From contig NC_058368.1 in the NCBI RefSeq assembly GCF_018350175.1, positions 113,338,001-113,398,000 on the forward strand: a stretch of DNA of 60,000 bases, read 5' to 3'. The position numbers and the translations under genes are program-made. Each line of letters opens with the position of its first letter. Within the stretch, counting starts at the first letter, position 1. The DNA comes from Felis catus. Lineage: Eukaryota. A model generated the notes under the pieces. The model saw only the letters and a program-made list of their open reading frames with translations, made no database searches and was not told the origin of the DNA. Positions 1 to 10,660 of this stretch are shown here, one piece after another.

Positions 1-307
1 GGGGCAGCCAATACCGTGGGGAGAAAAGAGGAGGAAAGAAGTATCAATGAATATTTTGGATTTAGAGGGGAGAGCCCGTCGGTTACTCAAGGCTCCCAAA
101 GAGCCAAGGGTGATGGCATGCCCTGGAGCTCCTCGACCAGAGCAGAGGAAAGACACAGTGAATAAATGTAAAGATTCCTCAGATGGGCACCGCTGCCTGT
201 GGGGGGAGAGCCCTTCCAGCCCTGGCCCATGTGCAAAGTGGGTCTAAGCGGAGAGGAATCACCAATGCCCTGGCCCCCCGCTTGCCCTCTAGAAAAGTTT
301 GCACCTT

Positions 308-700
308 GTGTTATGCCTTATATCCCTCATAAAAGGTATCTGGGAGTTTTAACCCTCAGTATTCTGCAGGGTCCTTACAGAGATAATCAACTTACAACGA
401 GCTCATAGTGTGGGCCCTAATCCAATACGATTGGCATGCTTTTAAGAAGCGGAAATTTGGACACGGGGGCACACACAAACAGAGGGCAGATGGAGGTGTG
501 CTAAGAGAGCCATCTACAAGGAGTGCCGGAGGCTACTAGAAGCTAAGGAATGGCAGGAGATGGACTGCGGCACACAGCCTCAGAAGGAAGGAAACTTGCC
601 CACACTTTGGCTTCCAATTCCTACCTCCAGGGCTGTGAGATAGTAAATTTCTATTGTTTGAGACACCCAGTTTGGGATACTCCTAGAGCAGCCCTAGCAA
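308..700 (+). mobile_element. MLT1 (ERVL-MaLR) solo LTR, MLT1B/C-like
   Basis: Typical motifs gggccctaatccaatacga, ggaaatttggacac, cctccagggctgtgagatagtaaatttctattgttt..acccagtttg..gcagccctagcaa. Confidence 0.8.
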
Positions 701-765
701 TGTTTAAAAAGGGATAGCCTCTAAGGAATGGGAATGCTTTTGTGCCAACATGACTCAGTTCTCCT

Positions 766-851
766 GAAAAGAAAGAAAAGAAAAGGGAAAAGAAAAGAAA
801 AGGGAAAAGAAAAGAAAAGAAAAGAAAAGAAAAGAAAAGAAAAGAAAAGAA
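766..851 (+). repeat. (GAAAA)n purine-only microsatellite
   Basis: 86 bp containing only A/G, mostly GAAAA units. Confidence 0.95.
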
Positions 852-1849
852 CACAGAACAGCAGCGTCAGGATGTTGGGCAAGTGGACGTACAGAACTTG
901 GCCAAATTATATCACCTGTGACTCATGAGCAAAAAAGAGCAAGTATGAGAAATTCAAGACTTTATATTGATTTTATGATAATGTAGTTAAATAAATAATT
1001 AGCTCTAACTCTTTAAAAGGAGGAGGAGCCTAGAAAATGGGAAATTAACAACTTTTAAACATTGTACGGGAACCCACATTCATACAAACACAAATATAAT
1101 TATAACTTCCGGAAGCTTCTATACCCCTTGACCTGCTGGGAGAAAAATGCCTTCCCCAGTCATCACAGAAGCAGAGAAGATGGAGGGAGCCCAAGACTTC
1201 ACAAATGGGCAGAAATATTCAAAATGTTGACCTACTTAAAAATAAACGTGCTAGCAGATTTCCCAACCAATTTTCCCTTCCGTTTTGCATAACACACCAA
1301 CACGTCGGAATGAGTGAACGTTACTGCAAATGGCCAGTAAATCTTTCTCTGCTAGGATTTGTAAAGCAAAACTAATAACCTCTCTCTGGTTCACTGCTCG
1401 CACAGGTCTCCACTGGGTACATTTCTCCACCACACCACACTCTTTGCTTTGCCTTGCATGTTTTGGGTATTATTTTTAACATTTTATTTAAATTGCTTTC
1501 TCCAGTCTATTTCATCAACCAATCATCTATTTTTAAACCAGACTGTTGACAGTTCACAGTTGACAATTTTGTTCACAGTTGATGAATTCTGATTTGTTTT
1601 TATTCCCCAAAAATCATGTCAAAGGAGGAGGAGGGAGATAATCTTATGGCTCTGTTGGCTTTGATAACTGGGCAGGAATTGAGTGGCTGCTGACTACACA
1701 TTGTCCCTTGGCAGACGGAAGAACAGCTGTCCGTCTCTGCCCAGGGCTTCCAGATGTCCCTGTGGTCATCTGGAAGGAGTGGTGACGAGAAACAAAAGAA
1801 GGGTCTTTGGTCTCATTCAGAGATTTGCCAAACATACATTCATGTACGT

Positions 1850-2200
1850 GTTTCTTCTTGCATCCAACAAATATTTATTGAGCGCCTACTATGGCCCAGG
1901 CCCTGGACTAACGAGACAAAAAAGCTGTTCCCATCAGCATGGCAGGTGCTGATAAGGATGGCAAAGAAACAAAGGGGAGTAAGAGACAGTGAATAATGGG
2001 GAGGGAATAGTACATTATATGGGGTGATGAGGAAACTGGCAAGATGATATCCAGGCAGAGCAAAGAATAAAGTGACCCATACAGCCCTCCAGGGGAAGGG
2101 AGGGGGATTCCAGGCAAAGGCCCTGAAGTGGAAGATGCTGAGCGCGCATGAGAGTCATCAGGGAAGCCAGTGTGGCTGAAGAGGAACGCGCAGGGAGGAA
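1850..2200 (-). mobile_element. L2 3' fragment(s)
   Basis: caacaaatatttattgagcgcctactatg.ccagg (L2 3' end, reverse) and ggcaaaggccctgaagtggaa...gaagccagtgtggctgaag. Confidence 0.65.
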
Positions 2201-2203
2201 GAA

Positions 2204-2249
2204 GATGGATGGATGGATGGATGGATGGATGGATGGATGGATGGATGGA
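2204..2249 (+). repeat. (ATGG)n microsatellite
   Basis: About 11 perfect ATGG units. Confidence 0.95.
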
Positions 2250-2823
2250 GGCCTGTGTGTGACTCAGGGCTCAGTCTTGGGCTCTCTCCCTCCCCAGCCC
2301 ACCCCCAAAGACACACACATTTCTCTGAGGTAAGAGTTCCAAAGAAGGCAGAACCCTACACCTCAAAAGCAAGTTGCTAAAAATGTGAAAAAGGAAAAGC
2401 TCATCTTTACGGAGGAATGCCAGCTAAATAAATTGAGAAGGAATGCTAGAATTAGAAAATCATTTGGCAACTCCCTGTGTAATAACTGAGTCAGGAAAGG
2501 ATCATTCGATGTTTATTACAAATGGTGGGTAAAAGTAACTAGGGAACAGGACAGTCACATAGTCTCAAAGTGCCCGCCACAGAACAAACACCTCGTTATT
2601 AACCAAGGAAAATGTACATTTTCGATAAAAGGACATGGCAGGCACCCCTTAATGCAGGGACCGAGGGGACAATTCAGCAGCAGAGAGACTGGCTGGCATC
2701 AGCTACTTATGCAACTTCTGCGAAAGGAATGACTACACAATTGTGCCTATGAGGGATTGGTGCCAAACACGTTTAATCTCAACCTATTCGTTAGAAAACA
2801 AGTCCAAAATTGAAGATGCTTTA

Positions 2824-3044
2824 GGGGCAGGTGGGTGGCTCAGTTGGTTAACCGTCTGACTTTGGCTCAGGTCATAATCTCGCGGTCCGTGAGTTCGAGC
2901 CCCACGTCAGGCTCTGTGCTGACAGCTCAGAGCCTGGAGCTCGCTTTGGATTCTGGGTCTCCCTCTCTCTCTGCCCCTCTCCCGCTCATGCACTGCCTCA
3001 TTCTGTCTCTCAAAAATAAATAAACGTTAAAATTTTTTTAAAAA
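2824..3044 (+). mobile_element. Felid Can-SINE
   Basis: ggggcaggtgggtggctcagttggttaa...gagttcgagccc...(CT)n...aaaaataaataaacgttaaaa; no clear TSD. Confidence 0.95.
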
Positions 3045-3202
3045 GCCATAAACAACAACAAAAAACCCTGAGGCAAGTGGGTCGCTCTTCCAGATTAGAG
3101 GAAATTAAATGGATGGAACAAACGCAATGCGTGAGGCTTGAATGGATCTTGAAAAAAATCACAATTATGCAAAGCTATAAAAGACATTCTGTGGGTGGGC
3201 AA

Positions 3203-3421
3203 GGGGGCACTTGGGTAGCACAGTCAGTTAAGCACCCAACTTCAGCTCAGGTCATGATCTCACGGTTTGAGTTCGAGCCCTGCATCGGGCTCTGTGCTGA
3301 CAGCTCAGATCCTGGAACCTGCTTCGGATTCTGTGTGTGTGTGTGTGTCTCTCTGCCCCTCCCACACTCATGTTCTGTCTCTCTTTCTCAAAAATAAACA
3401 AACATTTAAAAAAATTTTTAA
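3203..3421 (+). mobile_element. Felid Can-SINE
   Basis: Full head/body/tail with an internal (TG)n expansion. TSD aaaagacattctg at 3179-3191 and 3422-3434. Confidence 0.95.
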
Positions 3422-3748
3422 AAAAGACATTCTGGGGAAAACTTCTGTGGTTTTAACGAGGATTGCATATTACGTGACATTACTGGATTATTGTTCTCGT
3501 AGGTGTAGTAATACCTACTAAAGTGGTCATATAGGAGAATGCCTGTCTCCTTAGAGGTGAGGTTTCTTAGCATCTGTAATTTGTTTTTAAATGGTTCAGG
3601 GGAAACGCGTGTATGTTACAGAGAGAGCACAAATTTTGTAAAGTGTTAGCAACTGCCCAATCTCGGTGATAGGTATACAGGTGTTCATTGCATTGTTTTT
3701 TTTTTTTTTTTTTAATTCTTCCATACATTTAATAATCACTAAACCAGT

Positions 3749-4168
3749 ATCTGCACATCCTCACCAACACTTGTTATTTCTTGTCTTGTTGACTCTAGCC
3801 ATTCTGACCAGTGTGAGGTGATAGCTCGTTATGGTTTTGATTTGTATTTCCTTGATTATGAGTGACGTTGAGCACCTTTTCGTGTGTCCGTTGGCCATAT
3901 GGACATCTTCTTTGAACAAATGTCTATTCAGGTCCTCTGCCCATTTTGTAATTGGATTGTTTTCTGGTGTTGATTTGTACAAGGTCTTTATATATTTTGG
4001 ATACTCACCCCTAATTGGATATATTATTTGCAAATATCTTCTCCCAACAGCAGATTGCTATGTTGTTTCCCTAATGGTTTCCCTTGCTGTGCAAAAGCTT
4101 TGTATTTTAGTGTAGTCCAAATAGTTTCATTTTTCTTTCATTTTCCTTGCCTAAGGAGACTTATCTAG
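3749..4168 (-). mobile_element. Inverted 5' segment of a carnivore L1 (ORF2 C-terminal region)
   Basis: Minus-strand [55 protein letters not shown] is L1 ORF2. Confidence 0.93.
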
Positions 4169-5039
4169 ATGTTGGTGGGGATGCAAAATTCGTACAGCCA
4201 CTGTGGAAAACAGTGTGGAGTTTCCTTAAAAGATTATAAAGTTACCATGGGATGCAGTAAATCCACCTCTGGGTATTTACCCAAGAGAAAACACTAATTT
4301 GAAAAGATACATGCATTCCTATGTTTATGTATAATAGCCAAGATATGGAAGCAATCCAAGTGTCCATCAACAGATGGATAAAGAAGATATTATATATGTA
4401 TAAATATATGAATACTTACACACACATGCACACAAACACAATGGAATAGTACTCAGCCATAAAAAGAACGCGATCTCGCCATCTGCAGCCACGTAGATGG
4501 ACCTAGAGGGTCTGATACTAAATGAAATAAGTCAGGCAGAGAAAGACAAATGCCATGTAATTTCACTCATATGTGGAATTTAAGAAACAAAATGAACAAC
4601 AATGAAAAAAAAAGAGGAGAAAAAGATATTCTTAAATACAGAGAACAAACTGGTGGTTACCAGGGGAAAGTCGTGGGGGGATGGGTAAAGTAGGTGAAGG
4701 GGATTAAGAGTACACGTGTTGTGGGGCGCCTGGGCGGCTCGGTCTGTTAAGCCTCGGACTCTTGATTTCGGCTCAGATCATGATCTCACCATTCACGAGA
4801 TCGAGCCCTGTGTCGGGCTCTGTGCTGACAGAGCAGAGCCTGCTTGGGATTCTCTCTCCCTCTCTCTGCCCCTCCCCTGGTCGTGCTCTCTTTCTCTTAA
4901 AATAAATAAATACATGAAAAAAGAAGAGTACACTTGTCATGATGAGCACTGAGTAATACACAGAGTTACTGAACCATATTGTGCACCTGAAACTAATATA
5001 ACACTGGATGCTAATTCTACTTCAATTAAAAAAACAAAA
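4169..5039 (+). mobile_element. Forward 3' segment of the same carnivore L1 (end of ORF2, 3'UTR, poly(A))
   Basis: tgttggtgggg..cagccactgtggaaaacagtgtggag..gaaataagtcaggcagagaaagacaaa..cacctgaaactaatataacact..caattaaaaaaacaaaaa. Confidence 0.93.
4723..4923 (+). mobile_element. Can-SINE inserted in the L1 3'UTR
   Basis: ggggcgcctgggcggctc head. TSD aagagtacacgtgttgt (4706-4722) versus aagagtacacttgtcat (4924-4940). Confidence 0.95.
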
Positions 5040-6368
5040 AATTATTAAACCAACAGCAGGAGAAAAGTAAATAAAAATAAATTAAAAAAAAAAAAGCAAC
5101 TTGCTTTGCCCGGCGGTGCTAGGAAAATTCTTGCGGAAACCAGTCCTATTTGCTGCCCTGAACTGTTGCCCATACGGCGGGCAGGCAGTGTCTATTGCAA
5201 CGACTTGTCCTCCTGCGCTTCCCCACCAGGGGGCAAGCTCTTTGAGGGCCGTGAGGATCCTGTCTACTACCACTGTCTGTAGGACCCGGCCTGGAATTGG
5301 AAAGAGCAGGCCTTCATCAATGATGAAGGTTATTTCTGGAGCACCAATTCTCTTCAGCGACGCAAGCCAGCAACACTGGAACATGAAGGCTACACACAGG
5401 TGCACCGGAAGGCAGCATTTCAGATCCGGCAAAGACCCTCGTTCATGTGCACAGGGGAGGCGGAGGCTGGGGGAAAACGCATCTTGTCTTGTGGCCATTC
5501 TCTTGAGCAACCTCCTTACTTGCTCTGGCTCTTCTTTGTCTTGTCACCAATTTAGCAAACCCTTTTTCAGCAGAGGAGGCGGCAGATTTCAGTCTAGTTC
5601 GAGTACAAACTGTCCCAGGTTTGTGTTAAGAGGCAGAGCTGAGTACACTTCCTCTCATTTGTGTAACGAGACCAGCGGAACGTCCTGCACATGTGAAATG
5701 CCAGAGGAAAGGGCAAGGCTCCACATGAGGGAGCCCAAGGAAAAGATGCCAGGCCCCCGGGGCAGGGGTGCAAGGGAGGAGAGCCACCCCACAGGCTACC
5801 CATCCTGCCCTGCACATTCACCAGGCTCATCGCTGGGGCCGGCTGCTGTCCCGGGTCCATGCTTTATGCATCCCAACATCACACACACCGGGGGCTTCCC
5901 TGCCTCACCTCTGCTGCTTCTCACTTCTGGGACTCTGCCCTGCTGTCCGCTCTGCGTGAAATCCTGTGAGCGCCGGCTAATGTTGGCAAGCTTCACATTC
6001 GTGTGGGATTTCCCCCACTATCTAGGATCTGGGGGAGACAGCACAGATGTGGAGGGACTTGAAGTTCCCAGGCCCTGCTTCCTATCAGCCTTCTGGGGAG
6101 ACCACAGACCCCACGGAGAAACCACTGCCCGGCATGCCCCAGGAGAGGGGGGTCCAGGTGCAGCCTGGCCAAGCATGGCCTGGAAGCAGCAGAGAGTCTC
6201 ACATCCAGAGAAGCCCTGGACACAGGGGCAGTTAAGGGTCCCTCCTGGTGTCCCCTCATCTTCAGGCCTTTGCTTAGGTGCACCTTCTCATGGAAGGCTT
6301 CCTTCTCTTAGCACCCTTGCACAATCATACCCAGCATGTCTGACCTTCTCACACTGTTTTCTTTTTCC

Positions 6369-6636
6369 ATATTATTATATATATATTATATAATATTATA
6401 TATATTATATAACATATAACATATATAATATATATAATATATTGTATGTTATATTATATATATTATATATGTTATATAATATTGTACATATATTGTACAA
6501 TATATTGTACATATATTGTACAATATATGTACAATATATTGTACAACACATATTGTATGTTATATTATATATATTATATTTGTTATATGTTATATAATAT
6601 ATATTATATACTTCCATATTATATATATGTATAAAT
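6369..6636. repeat. AT-rich (TA)n-derived low-complexity repeat with TGTACA-containing units and a perfect palindrome
   Basis: Almost entirely A/T; attgtaca(a)tat units at 6481-6546. Confidence 0.95.
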
Positions 6637-6639
6637 ATG

Positions 6640-6845
6640 TCATTTTCTAACACACTGTATGGATTTCTTGCTTGTTCTATTTGCTGCTTCGTTTCTCTCT
6701 TCCTTGCTAGAATTTAAGTTCCATGAGGACAGGGGTCTGTGTTCTGTTCACTGCTATATTGGAAGTGCCAAGCACAGTACCTGGCATGTGCTGGGCGGTA
6801 GGTACTCAATGAAACTGCATGGGGTGAAGGAATGACTGAGTGAAA
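6640..6845 (+). mobile_element. L2 3' end
   Basis: aagttccatgaggacagggg..tgttctgttcactgctatat..cacagtacctggcat..ggtactcaat..gaatga. Confidence 0.8.
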
Positions 6846-7290
6846 ACAACGGCCTGTGTGACTGGCAGACAGTGCCTCCAACCCACCCCCAGTGTCTGAG
6901 TATGAATAAGAGTTGAAATGAGGGACAGGGCCCCAGGAAGGAGGCAAAACTCACAAAGTGACGGAGGGCAAGCTTCCTTCCAGCCCTATGGGAAAGGGGC
7001 TCCAAGTAGAAACGAAACTGATTTCCTAAACACTCAAGAGGCACACAGACACCTGAGTGTGAGAGTGGAGATTCAGACCTTCTCCTCTTCCCTTCCTGGC
7101 TCCTGTTTCCCCTCCAGACAGGCCTCAAGGGGCGCCTCTGTGACCCGGGGCCATTCTCCCTCACCGGGCTCACCACACTGCACGTATTTCTCTGTCTACG
7201 AAACTGCCTGGGGAGAAGATATGCATCTCTGTCTAGATGCTAGCATAAGGCAAAAACTTCCTATGTATTTGCTTATTCATGGGATACAGT

Positions 7291-7525
7291 TTATTTGTTA
7301 ATGTTTTATTTATTTTGGAGAGAGAGAGAGTGAGAGAGAGAGAGACACGGAAAAAACACAAGTGGGGGAGGGGCAGAGAGAGACGGGGGAGGAGGGTACA
7401 GAGGATCCCAAGCTGGCTCTGTGCCTAGAGCAGACAACCCGATGCGGGGCTTGAACTCACAAACCATGAGATCATGACCTGAGCCAAAGCCGGACGCTGA
7501 ACTGACTGAGCCATCCAGGCGCCCC
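7291..7525 (-). mobile_element. Can-SINE
   Basis: T-rich tail, (GA)n, ..actgagccatccaggcgcccc. TSD catgggata(c/t)a at 7278-7288 and 7526-7536. Confidence 0.95.
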
Positions 7526-10464
7526 CATGGGATATACTTCATATAACACTATATGCGAGAGCAGATGTTGGTGGGTTCGTTCTGCAGATGAACAAAGTGA
7601 AACCTTGAGAAAACAAACAGCTGCCTCAAGGTCACAAGGCCAGTAAATGGCAGACTTCCTTTTTAATCTAGACCCTTCAAGCTCTCCCTAGTCCACTGGT
7701 GTGGTGGGGGTGACTCACACACTTCTCAATACTGAGGGGACTGGCAAAGCCTTTCCGGGCATCCTAGGACGGCTGAATGAAGAGGCAGAAGACACTGCGG
7801 GACGGAATGACCCTAGGGCTGGGGAAGCAGAGAAAGGAAAGGAAGGGGTCCCCTGCCAGAAGCTGCCTTGACGCTGAGCTATAGTAAGGAAACGAAGGCA
7901 GCCGGCCGCTCCCCCTAACTTACGCCAAGTGAAGCCCTTGCTCGGCAACTGCAGTGGTGTTAGTGATGTTATTCGAAGTCACTGTCACATTAGCTAAGGT
8001 AACTTACAGAACTCATGCAGATAAGCCAACAGAATGAAACAAGATGATGTGGGCACCTTCCCTTTGTGTCTGGGAAGCTCACCTGTCCTGGAGGCAGAAG
8101 GGCCTGAGGCTCTTCAGGCTAACCCAGTAACTGTCGAATATCATACCGGAGCTCTCCTGGGCAATGTGTATTCAGGAGCTGGCAGTCCAGGGTGGCCCGG
8201 CCAGGGTGGCCCGGCCAGGGAGGCCTCCAAGATCAGACCTCTGAACCTGACGCCCACCAAGGGGTAAGCTGCTTGAGGGCATTCTCAAGGGTAAGAACTG
8301 GACAACTGGATGCTGTTCACGTTCACACGCCCTAGGGCCAGACCTGAGCCCCACACCTCAAAGTGGATGGAGCAGGCTTGCTGAAATTAATCAGTCACCT
8401 TGCCAGCAAGGGGAGGGAGTTAGGGAGCATCACCCCGTTTTACAGATGAGGAGAGAAAAGGTAAGGAAGGAAGGAACACAAAGAACGAAAGTCGGAGAGA
8501 GGAAGAGAGGAAGGCAGTGGAGGAAGCACGGCAGAAGGAGACAAGGGAGGGGACCCTGCAAGCGTAGGAAAAAGCAGCAAGCCTCCAGGAGAGACTCCAG
8601 GCGGTGCGAGAGGCGGGGTGGAGGCAGGGGCTCGTTCACAGTCTCTCGCCCAGCCTGGCTGTGTGGGCTCAGGCAGCTCTAGGAGAAAGGAAGAGAATGT
8701 TCCTGGCTGGCTCCTGCCTAAAATAAAAACGTCTCTGCTGCTATAAATGCCCTTGGGATGCCTGTCTCTCTGGCTGTCCCGGCTTCCTCGGTGGTCCCCT
8801 GCCCACGCTAAGCCACCTCTCTGGGCCACGCGTCCCCCCACCACACACCACCGAGGCAGACTGCCTCGCAGACAGGATTCACAGGAGGTGGCATGCGAGT
8901 GAAGGCGGCACCTAATTTCCATCAGGACTCTCACCTCTCCAGCTGTGCTGATGGAAGGGGAGAGGCCTTTTGCCCAGGTTCTGCCTGTCTCTGTCAGCCT
9001 GAATGGGCATCTGACACAGGACTCCCTCCACCGCCTTCTAGAGGAGAGAGTCTAAGTGATTCGCATCACCCACCCAGGCCTCCTTTTCCTTGTCACTAGA
9101 TAAAGCCTTCCTGCAGCTGTATGGGAAGGAATGGATAAGTGGGGGTCCCTAGGGCCTGGCAGCAAGCCCTGCCCTGGCACACAGCGGACAACAGATCTGA
9201 GTCTGTGCCTCCACTCCTGCCAACCCTGCCCTCATCCCTCCCTTCCCCTGAAAGTTGTCCCACCCCTGAAGGATCTCTGCAAAATGCAAATTTGTGTGAT
9301 TCTCTGTCCCAGTTCGCGCCCGTTCCTTGTCCCCTGGCGTCCTCAGGGAAGCATGAAGACGTGACCCCAGAAGAGGGCCCTCGTGATCTACAGCCCACAA
9401 ACCCCTCTAAGCTTGGTCCCTTTGCTTCTCTTCCCAACCCATGCCTGCTCTGTTCTGGCACACGGCCCCCGAAGTGGACCCTTCACACTCTCCCGTGACA
9501 CGCTCCACCTCCACGCCTTGCTTTGTCTGCAGCCCCCAGGGATCCCGAGGCAGGTTTCCACGAGGTCACCGACCAGCTGTGCCCACCTCCACTGCACGCT
9601 GCCCTGCACCGTGATGACTGCTTTCTTGCCCGTCTCCCTTATGACTTCCACAAATATGATGTCGTAATTCACTTGTGTGGCCCAAGTGCCCAGAAAAAGA
9701 CCTGCGAAAGAACAGGTAGCAAAGAAACGCTGACGGACCAACAGATATTCGGGCAGACGAAAGGACATCCTGCTGCCTGCCAAGCAATCCCACACGGCGC
9801 GGGGTCCACGAGCTGCGTCAAGTTGGCCAAAGGAAGGCAGTCGTCTGTCACCAAGATCTCAAGGCTTTGACGTTTCTCGGCCCTGTGGATGGCACCCAGG
9901 TTCTCCCAGTCCATCGGACGCAACACCTGCACGGTGCCTCCTACCCAGTCCGATTCTCCCTGCTTATTGGGAATTAGGCCAAAGATGGCCCAGGGCTGAC
10001 GTTTTCCTCACATGCCCAGACTGAGTTCAAGTCCTTGTTTCTGAGGCCCACCCCCTCAGGTCCTGATCTTACTTCTCCATCAACACTGCTCCAGTCCCTC
10101 CACGGCTGGTCCCAGCTCCCCTGCCCAGGCCTTGCTCCACTCTGGTGGCCCCCTCACACGGCAAGCTCTCTCTCCCCCTATCCTAAGCCTCTCCACTTGG
10201 GCAATGTTCCCCCAGGACACCCCTGGCCCAGGCACATTTCCAACCCATGCCACTGCCCTTCCACAGGCCCACGCCTGCTCCTCTTGACCTCTAGTATTTC
10301 CTTCACAGTTACGACTGAACCGCTAGACTTCAGAGCCTCTGTGTAATATACCTGCGCACCATTCAGAGACGAGCTACGAACACGAAGTGTATCCATATCC
10401 CCCACATTGCTGGTAGAAATGGCTTCAAAGTCTTCATGACACACATCATATCCACAATCAGTCA

Positions 10465-10660
10465 TGGAACCAGGGGCTGTGCTACAAGCTTTTCCTACGC
10501 TCTCCCCGTTAAATTTCACCCTCAGTTTCACCGCAAGAACTCTGCTGACAGCCGACTTACACATGAAGAAACTCCGGCTCAGAAATGTTGTTTGCCCAGG
10601 GAAACCCACCTCTGAGCTGCAGAGTCTGGATTCAAACCCAGGCCATCTGACACTAAGGCT
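10465..10660 (-). mobile_element. MIR
   Basis: atgaagaaactccggctcaga..ttgcccaggg..ggattcaaacccaggccatctgac. Confidence 0.75.

Larger units (their letters stand above)
2380..3733 (+). mobile_element. Old L1M (L1MC/L1ME-like) 3' region interrupted by two SINEs
   Basis: L1M 3'UTR-like motifs (ctagaattagaaaatcatt, aaagacattctgggg, ggtgataggtatacaggtgttcattg). Recognisably similar to the reverse-oriented segment at about 30510-30670. Confidence 0.6.

Noticed and set aside
651..928. Lys/Arg-rich and Phe/Ser-rich ORFs
   Set aside because: Translations of the (GAAAA)n microsatellite
2824..2900. tRNA-like A/B boxes in this and other SINE heads
   Set aside because: They are the tRNA-derived heads of Can-SINEs followed by (CT)n and A tails, not tRNA genes
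5101..6393. 430-aa ORF, the longest in the window
   Set aside because: TTG start, Pro/Gly/Ser/Cys-rich composition with no recognisable domain, ends in a (TA)n repeat, antisense in an intron; best explained as a chance open frame in GC-rich DNA
6481..6546. CRISPR-like or satellite array
   Set aside because: Mammalian context, no unique spacers; a low-complexity tandem/palindromic repeat
8715..8750. MEF2 site plus TATA box (cctaaaataaaa, ctataaat)
   Set aside because: The first motif does not fit YTA(W)4TAR, and an isolated TATAAA has no other promoter support
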